From the IMG/VR virus record IMGVR_UViG_642979322_000022: a DNA stretch of 64,000 bases; one strand, given 5' to 3'. Position numbers and translations under genes: made by a program. Positions 10,662 to 20,310 of the stretch are shown piece by piece; position 1 is the stretch's first letter, and each line of letters starts with the position of its first letter. Under the pieces are notes generated by a model. The model was given only the letters and a program-made list of their open reading frames with translations. It was not told the DNA's origin and did no database searches. This DNA is from a virus. Lineage: Duplodnaviria > Heunggongvirae > Uroviricota > Caudoviricetes.

Positions 10662-13312
10662 CGCCCGCTCCCCGATAACATACCGCCATCACGCAACTGC
10701 AGCCGGAGCTCATCCTGCGCCCCCTTGCGGGCCATGTCATACACCGCCTTCATCAGCTGCGGCCCCGCCTGTCCGTTGGTGCCGTCGTTCTGAATCACCA
10801 CGTGATTGTTCTGATTAAAATTAATACCTTCCGCCCGCCGCATCTGCGCCGGACTTCCGGCACCACCCACATAACCACCTTCCGCATAGCCGCGCATCAG
10901 ACGGTAAAGATTCCCCACACCTATCCGGCTGGTTGCCTCTTTCGTGAAAACAAACTCCCCGCGGTGAACTATCCCCGCAGGCTCATATTTGCCGCCCGTC
11001 CCCGTAAATCCTCCGGTCGCGAAATGGAAGTTCGCCGCCGCAGCCTCAATGGCCGTCCCCGAGGAAGCAGATGCACCACCACCGAAAGCACCGCCAATGG
11101 CGCTGCCGATACTCCCGACTATCCCCACCATCGCCTGCTTCAGAAAAATCTCTGTCAGCATGGAGAGCACAGAACGGGTGAAACCACGCCAGTTCTGTTC
11201 GCTGCCGGTCAGCATCGCTGCCATATTCTGTGCAATACCGTCAAAGGTCTGCGTGGCCACGCTTTTAACCTGCGAAAAACTGTCCGTCGCACTTTCTGCC
11301 CACTCGCCCCAGCCGGACTTCAGACCGGCCATCCAGCTTCCACGAAGCTGCTCCTCCGCAGACCAGGTGTTCTTCAGTGCCGATGTGGCCTTCGCCAGCG
11401 CATCCGGATTATCACCGTACACGTCACGAAGGCGCTGCTCTTCCGACTCCCGCTGCGCCTGACGGTCGGTGAGGCCCCGCGCCTGGGCACTGATTGCCGC
11501 CTGCTTCGCGCCCTGCTGCTGCTCAAACCGCGCAGCCTGCTGTGCCAGCTCATTCAGCCGTTTCTGGTGTTCAACCTTGTCGCCCAGGTCAGCCAGCTGG
11601 CGTTTGTACTCCAGCGTCTCTTTCTCATGGGCCAGCAGGGATTTTTCCTGCCAGGATAACTGCCGTTTCGTGGCAGCCTCTTTCAGGACCGCATACTGAC
11701 TTTCCGCCTTCCATAAATCACGGCGCTGCCGGCTAATTTTCTCATTCGCACCGCTGTGTTTTTCCAGCGTCCTGAGCTCAGCTTCAAGGGCAAGCAGAGC
11801 CTCTCTTGCCTGCTCCTCTTCCCTCTCCCCGGCAGAGCGCGTTTTCGGTGATGTATGCTTTTTACCTGTCAGCTCTTCAGCCAGACGGCTGACGGCTTCC
11901 TGCTGCCCTGGACCTTTGCTGACGCCTGTTGCACGCGAGCGGTTGATGTACCCTATTTCCCCCTGGCGTATACGCGCATCCCGTTCCGCAATGGATTTTC
12001 TCAGCGCCAGTTCATCGCGTTTTGTTTTCTCAATAAATACGCGGTTCTCTTCTGCCAGTTCACCAAACAACGCACCAACGCCGGGCACATTCTTTGTCGT
12101 TTCCCAGGCTGACTGAATAAATTCAGCCAGCGCCAGATCCCCCTGCACAAGCAGCAGCTTCACTTGTTCAACGGTTCCGGCCACCACGTCAGTGATCAGA
12201 CTGAGTGCCCCCAGTGTATGATCACCTATCCATGCCCATGCGTCAGAAGTCCAGGTTTTAACATCGTCCCAGATTTTTTCCACCGGCGTGGCCGCTTTAT
12301 CAAGTTGCTCCAGACGTGCATTCATGACATCCGCAAACAGGGACATCGCCTCCGTCACCGCAGCCTGTTTACCTTTCGTGCGCTCAAGCTCATCAATATG
12401 GCGTAACTGGGAAACGCTCAGGAAGTTATACTGCTGATTCAGGGAGGCCAGCGCCTTCACCGGATCTGCTGCAATCCCTTCAAAGGCTTTTTCCACCTTC
12501 CCGGCATCGTCCCCCACCGTCTGCAGCCATCTCTGAGAGGTTTCCCCCATGATCCGTAGCTGCCCGGCGGTATATTTCCCGCTTTCTGCCAGACGGGCCA
12601 GATTTTCTGCCGCCTGTCTGATACCACCACCGGCTTCATCGCTGATCACCCCGGCCATTTTCCACAATTCTGCCGTTGTGGTGGCAGCCGCCCCTCCGGT
12701 CAGGATCAGTGAACGCAATAAGGCCCGATCAGCCTGCTCTGCCTGCCAGGCGGCGGCAGCAAGCGCGGCCAGTACGGCAACCCCGCCACCTGCCGCCACA
12801 CGGGCCACCGACATAAATCGTCCCAGCTCACCGGCATTCCGGGCATTTTCAGCCAGTGCATTTGCCGTATCTGACAGCGACTCCTCTGATGATTCAGAGG
12901 CATCCCTGATCCCGAGAAGTTCCTCCTTCAGCAGGGTAAGCAGGCTGAGCGGTCCACCGAATGAATCGCTGATCTGCCCCCCCTGCTGCAGCATGATAAG
13001 GAAGGGATTCTGACCACCAGCAAGCTGAGTGACAATATCCGTGAACTGTGCGGGCAGTGTGCGCATGGCAGCCTTATACTGTCCGACTGATATCCCGGCT
13101 TTTTGTGCAGCCAGCGCCTGTCGGCTCAGACTCTGCTCAGCAGCATCAGCCTGTTTTCTGAAAGACTGACTGACTTTCCCGGACATCAAATCAGCAAGCG
13201 CACTGGTTTCACCCAGCTCTTTTTTTACCCGCGCTGCCTCTTCAGAAAAACGGGCAGAATCCAGTGTCAGCACGGCTGTCAGATCGGCAAAATTACCTGC
13301 CATCGTGGTCAC
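10658..13312 (-). CDS. H: tail tape measure protein H
   Basis: About 880 aa, lambda gpH-like throughout; track start is GTG, the ATG three codons in (about 13303) has better SD spacing. Confidence 0.85.
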   Translation of the reverse strand: MTTMAGNFADLTAVLTLDSARFSEEAARVKKELGETSALADLMSGKVSQSFRKQADAAEQSLSRQALAAQKAGISVGQYKAAMRTLPAQFTDIVTQLAGGQNPFLIMLQQGGQISDSFGGPLSLLTLLKEELLGIRDASESSEESLSDTANALAENARNAGELGRFMSVARVAAGGGVAVLAALAAAAWQAEQADRALLRSLILTGGAAATTTAELWKMAGVISDEAGGGIRQAAENLARLAESGKYTAGQLRIMGETSQRWLQTVGDDAGKVEKAFEGIAADPVKALASLNQQYNFLSVSQLRHIDELERTKGKQAAVTEAMSLFADVMNARLEQLDKAATPVEKIWDDVKTWTSDAWAWIGDHTLGALSLITDVVAGTVEQVKLLLVQGDLALAEFIQSAWETTKNVPGVGALFGELAEENRVFIEKTKRDELALRKSIAERDARIRQGEIGYINRSRATGVSKGPGQQEAVSRLAEELTGKKHTSPKTRSAGEREEEQAREALLALEAELRTLEKHSGANEKISRQRRDLWKAESQYAVLKEAATKRQLSWQEKSLLAHEKETLEYKRQLADLGDKVEHQKRLNELAQQAARFEQQQGAKQAAISAQARGLTDRQAQRESEEQRLRDVYGDNPDALAKATSALKNTWSAEEQLRGSWMAGLKSGWGEWAESATDSFSQVKSVATQTFDGIAQNMAAMLTGSEQNWRGFTRSVLSMLTEIFLKQAMVGIVGSIGSAIGGAFGGGASASSGTAIEAAAANFHFATGGFTGTGGKYEPAGIVHRGEFVFTKEATSRIGVGNLYRLMRGYAEGGYVGGAGSPAQMRRAEGINFNQNNHVVIQNDGTNGQAGPQLMKAVYDMARKGAQDELRLQLRDGGMLSGSGR

Positions 13313-13346
13313 CTCCTGAAATGTCCTCTGATACCATCAATAACTG

Positions 13347-13705
13347 TCACAACCTCCTTCCCTCCTCCCCGAAACGGACTCCACCGGCGAGGCCCGCCGC
13401 CTTCTGCATCAGTACATCATTTTCGTCCGGCGTCTCCGCCTGTCCTTCCTCTGCCTCCGGAGCGAACAGGCTGAAATCCGCCGGATGCATATCCGGATCG
13501 CAAAAAAACAGGCTGAGTACGGCGTACATCAGCCCGGAAAAATGCATATCCAGCTGGGTATCCTGAAAATAATGCGTGCAGTAAAAACGTCGCCAGTCGG
13601 CATATTCGGTGGATGTCATCCCGGCAAGCATGGCGCGCCAGTCGGCTCTCCCCATCTCACGCGCCAGTTTCAGGACAAAGTTCAGCTCGCCTTCGAATGC
13701 TTTTT
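13347..13705 (-). CDS. T: T portion of the G-T tail assembly chaperone, reached by -1 programmed frameshift from G
   Basis: -1 frame opens after a stop near 13719 and continues ...AFEGELNFVLKLAREMGRADW... to 13347; A-AAA-AAG heptamer sits in the G/T overlap. Confidence 0.75.
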
Positions 13706-14104
13706 TGATGTTACCGGCTCAGTCGCTTCTGTTTTCCCGGTTGGTTCAGGATCGGCATCGTGCCGGTTATCCAGCATACCTGAAAGATAAAGCACCCGGT
13801 TCGTTGCCTGATTCAGTGCATCAGCAGGCCATCCCAGCATCACTTCACGGCGGATCTGCTGCATCTCTGTCTCCGGAGAGGCCAGAGTGCCTTTGAGGGA
13901 ATGGGAATGCCATAGCGACATCGCCACAAGCAGGGATGCCGTTTCCAGATATCGCTGGTTAATGCGCACGACATCATGCTTCGTTGTCTTCTGTTGTTCT
14001 GCGTCTGAAACAAACTTCATATAATCAAACCGCTGCAGCGCAGACAATTCGGAAAGCGTGACGGACACACCGTTATATTCAAATTGTTCTGTTTTCAGAA
14101 ACAT
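13682..14104 (-). CDS. G: tail assembly chaperone G
   Basis: 140 aa, lambda gpG-like (MFLKTEQFEYNGVSVTLSELSALQRFDYMKF...). Confidence 0.85.
   Translation of the reverse strand: MFLKTEQFEYNGVSVTLSELSALQRFDYMKFVSDAEQQKTTKHDVVRINQRYLETASLLVAMSLWHSHSLKGTLASPETEMQQIRREVMLGWPADALNQATNRVLYLSGMLDNRHDADPEPTGKTEATEPVTSKKHSKAS
13700..13706 (-). promoter_or_regulatory. -1 ribosomal frameshift slippery heptamer A AAA AAG
   Basis: In G the zero-frame codons are TCA AAA AAG CAT; heptamer lies ~17 nt before the G stop. Confidence 0.7.
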
Positions 14105-14117
14105 GTATTACCTCCGT

Positions 14118-14870
14118 TTACCCTGCAGCGCCCGCTTCAGTAACGGTGACTTCAGCCACTGCGGCGAACTGACCATTTCCGCTCACCACAGGGATCTGCA
14201 CCTTACCTGTCGCCACGCCGTTTACCGTAATTGTCATATCTTTCACACTAATGGTGGCTTTCGACGGATCGGCGGAAACCGCTCTGAACGTCTTGTCGGT
14301 TGCACTTTCCGGCTCAAAAGAAACCGTCAGGGTGGTTGTTTTCCCTTTTGCCACCGTACCGGATGTCGGTGTCACCTTAATTGCAGTGGCCGGCGTAATT
14401 TCGCTGCGTTCTTCCGCCACGGAAGGTTTGCCCACGTTAGTGACTTTCACCGTGCGGGTGATCACTTCTTTCGCCGTCACGGCCTTACCGATACTGCTGA
14501 CCCAGCCACGGAACACATCCACCGTGCCATTTGGGAAACGGATTTTATAGGCCCGCACATCCCCGCTTTCAAACCAGCCTATAAGCCCTTTCTGACCTTC
14601 TTCTCCCGGTTTCCAGGCCAGCGTAAAACTGGTATCTCCTGCAGACTTCTGCCCCTGCCCGGTCGCGGTCCAGTCCGCGTCTTCATCATCCAGGTAGTTA
14701 TCATCGTAGGGTTCTGCCGTCATCTCGCCCGGCGTCAGATCCTTCACCTTAGCCAGTCGCTGCCAGTCATCGTCTGACAACGGGTTTGCATAAGCATCAC
14801 CCTTGCCGTTGTAAACCCACAGAGTGGTACCGGCACCTTTTACCGGCTCAAGGGGATTTGGTGTTGCCAT
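14118..14870 (-). CDS. V: major tail protein V with C-terminal Ig-like domain
   Basis: 250 aa, lambda gpV-like ([39 protein letters not shown]...). Confidence 0.9.
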   Translation of the reverse strand: MATPNPLEPVKGAGTTLWVYNGKGDAYANPLSDDDWQRLAKVKDLTPGEMTAEPYDDNYLDDEDADWTATGQGQKSAGDTSFTLAWKPGEEGQKGLIGWFESGDVRAYKIRFPNGTVDVFRGWVSSIGKAVTAKEVITRTVKVTNVGKPSVAEERSEITPATAIKVTPTSGTVAKGKTTTLTVSFEPESATDKTFRAVSADPSKATISVKDMTITVNGVATGKVQIPVVSGNGQFAAVAEVTVTEAGAAG

Positions 14871-14877
14871 ATCGTCC

Positions 14878-15276
14878 TCACATCTCGTAGGTAATTTTCC
14901 ACAGGAGATCTGCCGATCCCCACATCATAAACTCATCATCCCGGCGGTAGTCATACCCCTGAAGATTCATCTTCAGCAGTAATGCACTGAGCCCGGGAAC
15001 TGCCTCCAGCGCAGGAAGAATTTTTTCTTCCATCCACATATCCAGTGCCGAGTCCGGTTCTTTTGCCCTGAGAAAAACCTCAATATGCAGTGTCGCCTCC
15101 CAGGTTCCCTCATCAACGAACTCGTCAGCAGCAGACGCATCTGTCAGGTAAACAGCAACAGCAGGCAGTTCCTGTTCATCAATAAAAACCGGGCGACCGT
15201 CAAACCAGCTCACCCTCTCAGAAATATTTTCTTTCAGGGCAGACAGAACTGCCGCCCGTATTTCACGGTGTTTCAT
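14878..15276 (-). CDS. U: tail terminator protein U
   Basis: 132 aa, lambda gpU-like, ends ITYEM. Confidence 0.85.
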   Translation of the reverse strand: MKHREIRAAVLSALKENISERVSWFDGRPVFIDEQELPAVAVYLTDASAADEFVDEGTWEATLHIEVFLRAKEPDSALDMWMEEKILPALEAVPGLSALLLKMNLQGYDYRRDDEFMMWGSADLLWKITYEM

Positions 15277-15288
15277 ACACCCTCCCAG

Positions 15289-15918
15289 TCATTTTCTTTT
15301 CAGCACCAGGCGTAACTGATGCGTCATGGCTTTCATCATCTGCGCCGGTAATTTTTCCCGGTACATCCGGTCCCGTTCACGTTCAAAGGTTTCTGCCAGC
15401 GGTCCGGCAGTCGTAATCTTCACCACTTCGATCGGCAGACGGTGGCGTTTCGGCCTCCCTTTGCTGTCCGCGCCGGTGGATGATGATGCCCACGGCATAC
15501 GCTGCATCACATGCCAGCGTCCGTTAGCCAGCCGGGTGATAAAGGCGTCCGGGATCCGTCTTTTCCCCACAATCAGCACACTGCCGCCCCCTTTCAGGGC
15601 CGCACGCTGTCCTTTCTTTCTCCGTTTTCTGCGGGAAAGTCGAACGCGGGCCTCCCCCAGTTTGATGGCGGGCAGGTTGCCGGTATTGATGTAAACCTTT
15701 GCGTAAACCTTATCCGGTCGTGCCGGACTTAACCGGATGCGGGCACGGATAAGACGACGGGGAACGGCCAGCTCCCTGGCAACTGAAGAGGCCGTTTTCG
15801 CAATAATGGCCCCCGCCACTCGGTTCAGTGTCATGGCAGAGGCCCGGGGAACGGCACGGCGATCAATTGCATCCAGATTTTTCATGGCCTGCGCCAGACC
15901 TTTTATTGCCATACTCAT
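15289..15918 (-). CDS. Z: tail completion protein Z
   Basis: 209 aa resembling lambda gpZ (AIKGL..., RRKRRKKGQR..., NGRWHVMQR); ATG overlaps the stop of the upstream gene (ATGA). Confidence 0.75.
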   Translation of the reverse strand: MSMAIKGLAQAMKNLDAIDRRAVPRASAMTLNRVAGAIIAKTASSVARELAVPRRLIRARIRLSPARPDKVYAKVYINTGNLPAIKLGEARVRLSRRKRRKKGQRAALKGGGSVLIVGKRRIPDAFITRLANGRWHVMQRMPWASSSTGADSKGRPKRHRLPIEVVKITTAGPLAETFERERDRMYREKLPAQMMKAMTHQLRLVLKRK

Positions 15919-16196
15919 TCCTGTTCGACAAAAATCCGGGGTTTACCGTTGTACGTGTCATAACGGGTCACCGTCAGTGTGCGCCCCGCAAACACAACAA
16001 CATCATGACGGGCCGGACGGTACCGGGCTGAAAACACCACCAGTGACAACTGGCTGCCCGAAAGCGCCCCCATCTCCGCGGACTCTTCCTCCGGCATCAC
16101 GTCGTACACGACGCCGTTAATCTCCGCCTGTTTGCCCATCACCCGAACGGTCGCCACGTCCATCCGGCAACACATTCGCGTAAACAGATCAGACAT
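15915..16196 (-). CDS. head-tail joining protein (FII-like)
   Basis: 93 aa; position between head genes and Z; weak similarity only. Confidence 0.45.
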   Translation of the reverse strand: MSDLFTRMCCRMDVATVRVMGKQAEINGVVYDVMPEEESAEMGALSGSQLSLVVFSARYRPARHDVVVFAGRTLTVTRYDTYNGKPRIFVEQE

Positions 16197-16515
16197 TGAT
16201 TTTTACCGCCACAGTGGCGCTGTTTGCAGGGGCATTTTCCCAGGCTACCCCCGCTGCCACCGCACCGTCTGCAGCCAGCTGCACAACCCCGTCCTTCAGA
16301 TAAACCACCGCGCCGGACTGAATGTCGTCAGCAGACTGTTTGGGCAGCAGGAACACGCCTTCGGCAAAACCGTCACCGGCCTCACCGGCAGGAATATCGG
16401 TAATGGCCACGGCCACCATACTGCCGACCACCACCGCAGCACCGCTCAGGATGGTCTGATCTCCGGCATTCACCAGTTCAATGGTGGTACCGTCCTGTAC
16501 AAAATTTTTCGCCAT
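16189..16515 (-). CDS. small Ala/Gly/Val-rich head-associated protein (function unknown)
   Basis: 108 aa immediately downstream of the capsid gene; no confident family. Confidence 0.35.
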   Translation of the reverse strand: MAKNFVQDGTTIELVNAGDQTILSGAAVVVGSMVAVAITDIPAGEAGDGFAEGVFLLPKQSADDIQSGAVVYLKDGVVQLAADGAVAAGVAWENAPANSATVAVKINV

Positions 16516-16602
16516 AATGCTGTTTCTCCGGACAGCCCCTGTGGGGCTGTTTTTCAGGCATAAAAAAAGCCCTTTCGGGCAGTGATTGTGATAACGCGGT
16601 TA

Positions 16603-18582
16603 TCAGGCCACCGACGAACGCACCAGCCCGCGCCAGTCAAGTGGTGCCACTCCGGCATCAATACGGATTTTTGTGGCAATGCCGTCAGTGGTGAAACCTT
16701 CCTGCTGATCAATGTATGGCGTGTCCACACCATCCAGCCAGGCCACTTCAATGGTGTCAGTGCCCTGTGCCGCCGCCAGATACCAGGTTTTCGGGTCTGC
16801 CGCATCAAGACGCGCTTCTGCAATCACCTCAGCAAAGTTCTGGATAGGGTTAATGACACCGGCGTTTGCATCCGCCCCTTTCACACTGGCCGATTTGATG
16901 GTCTGGTTCGCCACCGTCTCCAGTGCCACCGGTACCAGCATAAAGGCCGGACGGATATTCAGGGCACGATCGCCTTCTTTCTGCAGGCGCATCATCTGAC
17001 GGGCCGCATCCAGTCCGGAAACGGAGATCCCCCCGGTGGCAATATTTTTGTGATCGGCATGGAACAGCGCCTTACCGTCGGACAGTTTCGGGTTATCCGT
17101 CAGCACCTTGTAGACCAGGTCACCAATCGTTGCCTTCGCCGCACGCCCCATCTTCATCGGCACGTCCACCAGCATATTCAGATCATCATTGATAATGGCC
17201 TGGCGGGTGATGGAGAAAATCTCCCCGTAAGTGGCCAGTGCAATGGTCTCCTTGCGATCTGAGGTGGTGATGTATTTATACTCCGCCCCCTCACGAACCT
17301 GGCGCAGAGAACCAAAACCGCCCATCCCCACGCGATACGCTGTTTTGAAGTCTGACAGGCGTCCCTTACGGGTCCACTTCTGGAAGGTTTCTTCTGATTC
17401 CTCCCAGCCCTGGATCAGCCCCTTGTTCGACACATCCAGCAGAATATTGCCAAAATCAGAGGTGCTGTGCGTCAGCGCCAGCCCGACCATCTGCATGGGG
17501 TTATAACTGGCCACCCCAATACCGCGCTCCGTCAGTGACATGCGAGCCCATTCACGCAGGGTCATCCCGTTATAGGCGTTATCCTTCTCGACATTTTCAA
17601 ATCCGGCACGGGCCAGCATCGCCTGGCGGATCCCGTCCCCCACAAAATTGCCGTTTCCGGCATAAATATGGGCCGGTGTATTTTTGTTGGTCGGCGAGGA
17701 CTCCTTGCCCATTTCATTCAGCAGTCGTTCACGGGCCATTTCCAGCGAACAGTCAGGATCAGCCACGCACTGTGCCTGAAGCGTCTGATAGCGACCACCG
17801 AACATGGCAAACAGATCGTTAATGCCTGACATGCGGGCTTTCTGTTCTGCCATAACGCGGGCGCGAATGGTCGCCTCATCAGACACTGCCGGTACCGGTG
17901 ATGGTTCTGTTACCGCCGGTGCAGGGATTGTCACTGTGGTATCACGCGGGGCACTGTTGCGTGGCGGAGTAATCATGTTTCGGATGGATTCCGGCATCTT
18001 TTTAAATTCCTCTGTACGTTTTGACTGAATACATGCCATTGCCTCAACAGCGGGTGTCACCTGGTCAGCAAATCCGTGTGCCAGACATTCGGCACCGGAC
18101 ATCCAGGTTTCATCCGCCAGCATGGCGGCAATTTCATCGGTGGTTTTTCCGGTTTTCTGCGCATAGGCTGGCAACAGTACCGATTCGACTTTATCCAGCA
18201 AATCGGCATAACTGCGCATATCCTCAGCATCCCCGCCACTGAATCCCCATGGCTTATGGATCATCATGAAGGCATTTTCCGGCATAATGACCGTATCACC
18301 GGCCATCGCAATCACAGATGCCATCGAGGCGGCAACGCCATCCACATACACGGTAATGGTCGCCCCCTGATTTTTCAGGGCATTAAAAATGGCGATGCCT
18401 TCAAAGACATCGCCACCCGGTGAATTGATATGGAGATTAATGTGGGTGATATCACCCAGTGCATTCAGTTCGCTGACAAACTGCTTCGCGGTAACTCCCC
18501 AGAAACCAATCTCGTCATAAATATAAATATCCGCGTCACCCGGCCCCCCAGCCTGCATCCTGAACCAGGATTTATTCTTCAT
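16603..18582 (-). CDS. fused prohead protease (ClpP/S14-like) and HK97-type major capsid protein
   Basis: From ATG MKNKSWF...: N-terminal ClpP-like domain (INSPGGDVFEG, MASVIAMAGDTV) then capsid domain in one frame; track start 18774 is upstream and overlaps portal. Confidence 0.8.
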   Translation of the reverse strand: MKNKSWFRMQAGGPGDADIYIYDEIGFWGVTAKQFVSELNALGDITHINLHINSPGGDVFEGIAIFNALKNQGATITVYVDGVAASMASVIAMAGDTVIMPENAFMMIHKPWGFSGGDAEDMRSYADLLDKVESVLLPAYAQKTGKTTDEIAAMLADETWMSGAECLAHGFADQVTPAVEAMACIQSKRTEEFKKMPESIRNMITPPRNSAPRDTTVTIPAPAVTEPSPVPAVSDEATIRARVMAEQKARMSGINDLFAMFGGRYQTLQAQCVADPDCSLEMARERLLNEMGKESSPTNKNTPAHIYAGNGNFVGDGIRQAMLARAGFENVEKDNAYNGMTLREWARMSLTERGIGVASYNPMQMVGLALTHSTSDFGNILLDVSNKGLIQGWEESEETFQKWTRKGRLSDFKTAYRVGMGGFGSLRQVREGAEYKYITTSDRKETIALATYGEIFSITRQAIINDDLNMLVDVPMKMGRAAKATIGDLVYKVLTDNPKLSDGKALFHADHKNIATGGISVSGLDAARQMMRLQKEGDRALNIRPAFMLVPVALETVANQTIKSASVKGADANAGVINPIQNFAEVIAEARLDAADPKTWYLAAAQGTDTIEVAWLDGVDTPYIDQQEGFTTDGIATKIRIDAGVAPLDWRGLVRSSVA

Positions 18583-20074
18583 GCTGGCTTTCGGTGTCGC
18601 GCTGATACTGTCGTTCAGTTCCGGCACTGTTGCCTCCTTTGTCGTTGACGGGGTCAGTATCAAAGACCAGCCCCAGTCTGCTGTTTTCATCAATTTCAGC
18701 CTTGCGGCGACGTTTGACCTCATCCGGATTGCGCCCACCAGCACGCACCCAGTCAGATTCTGTCGCTGCACCACCCCGGATCTGAATTCTCCAGGCTTCA
18801 GCTTCCTTAACCGGGTCGATCCACGGCATCACCGGACCGGAATACGTCGCGTTATATAGCGTTTTCATCTCCACATCCGCCGGAATTTTCAGCAGACCTG
18901 CCGCAACCACCATATTCAGCCATGTCCGGTACACCGGGCGGGTTACCGCGCCAATAAAACAGTCCTGCAGGATCAGGTAACCATCCGTGGACTCGACCAA
19001 CTCCTGCCGCTGGGCGCTGTAGGTGCCGTTATAGTTACGCGCCGCACTGGAAAAACTCAGACGACTGCCTGCTGCCACTGCACGCAACTGGCCGTTGCGG
19101 AAAGTTTCAAGGTTGGGATTGGGACGGTCAGATTTGACCATGCCGATATCCTCGCCCTTGCGCAAATCGTCATAAATAATACCCGGGGTGATATGGACTT
19201 CCCGCTCGGTCTCTTTGCTCCCCGGATCTTCATAGTCCTGTCCGTCACCTTTACGGATATACAGTCCCAGCGCCGCAGCAATACGCGCCGCTGTCAGTTC
19301 CGCATCCTCATACTCCTTAAGGGCACTGATCCGCATCAGCACCCCCGATAACATGGATGAGCCTCGCGTCTGATGCAGACGACGAGTGAACTTCAGGTGG
19401 ATCATTTTTCCGGCAGCGATTTCTTTCGTATCACTCTGCCGGCCTCTGACCGGATAATTTTTATAAACCAGATATTTTTTCGGTCTTCCCCACTCATCAA
19501 GAAAAACCCCCTGATTCAGTCCGGCGGATTCATCAGTGCGCATGGGAACAAAATCCGGCTCCATCGCCTCAAGCCAGAATGGCACTCCCGCCGTCCGTTC
19601 CAGACCGTTTCCCGCACCACTGACCATCTGCGCAAACACTTCACCATCCCGCAGCCAGGTCCGCAGCAGTAAACGTTCAAGCACAGGACGGGTATACTGC
19701 CCTGTCACATCCGGACTCACGGACCATTCAGCCCACAAACGGCGGATATCCGCAGCCAGCTCAGCCGCCATTTCCCCGTTTTTTCGTAATGGCTGAGGCT
19801 CCACAATAATTCCCCTGGCACCAATCACCCGCTCTTCCAGCTTGTCAAACACACCAATCACCAGGTCATGATTGATATCCAGAAAACGGGCCTGCTCCCG
19901 CAGGGAAACCGCACCGTATTTACTGAGCTGATCAGCAGAGCGATTTTCCCGCCGGGCTTTATGTGTCCGGGTCGGTTTCACCGCCTCATAGGCCATGATT
20001 AACGCCCTTGAACGCAGTCTGGCTGCTTTCCACCCGGGGGAAAACACGCCGATCACATCATCAATAATTGCCAT
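18572..20074 (-). CDS. portal protein
   Basis: 500 aa between the W-like gene and the capsid gene; portal-like size and composition. Confidence 0.8.
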   Translation of the reverse strand: MAIIDDVIGVFSPGWKAARLRSRALIMAYEAVKPTRTHKARRENRSADQLSKYGAVSLREQARFLDINHDLVIGVFDKLEERVIGARGIIVEPQPLRKNGEMAAELAADIRRLWAEWSVSPDVTGQYTRPVLERLLLRTWLRDGEVFAQMVSGAGNGLERTAGVPFWLEAMEPDFVPMRTDESAGLNQGVFLDEWGRPKKYLVYKNYPVRGRQSDTKEIAAGKMIHLKFTRRLHQTRGSSMLSGVLMRISALKEYEDAELTAARIAAALGLYIRKGDGQDYEDPGSKETEREVHITPGIIYDDLRKGEDIGMVKSDRPNPNLETFRNGQLRAVAAGSRLSFSSAARNYNGTYSAQRQELVESTDGYLILQDCFIGAVTRPVYRTWLNMVVAAGLLKIPADVEMKTLYNATYSGPVMPWIDPVKEAEAWRIQIRGGAATESDWVRAGGRNPDEVKRRRKAEIDENSRLGLVFDTDPVNDKGGNSAGTERQYQRDTESQHEE

Positions 20075-20310
20075 TAAAACCTCGCCAGTTTAAATCCCGG
20101 TTTTCCCCGCCTGCGGCTCACCATCGCGGCAAGCCTGCGTTCCCACTCCTGACGTCCGGCGCGGATCTGAGAAAGGCTTTCCAGCGTCAGTTGCTGCCCG
20201 TTGAAGGTGACAGACTTTCCCTCCAGTACGGCCATTTCCGCTTCACGGTACCGCTGTATCATTTCTCTGGCTTCTTCTGTGCTCACAACCAGCCTCCTGA
20301 TGTTATCCAT
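20074..20310 (-). CDS. head-tail connector protein (gpW-like)
   Basis: 78 aa between terminase and portal as in lambda W. Confidence 0.5.
   Translation of the reverse strand: MDNIRRLVVSTEEAREMIQRYREAEMAVLEGKSVTFNGQQLTLESLSQIRAGRQEWERRLAAMVSRRRGKPGFKLARF

Noticed and set aside
10802-13013. Plus-strand ORFs up to 285 aa inside the tape measure gene H
   Set aside because: Antisense to a gene collinear with lambda H; Ala/Arg/Pro-rich low-complexity translations.
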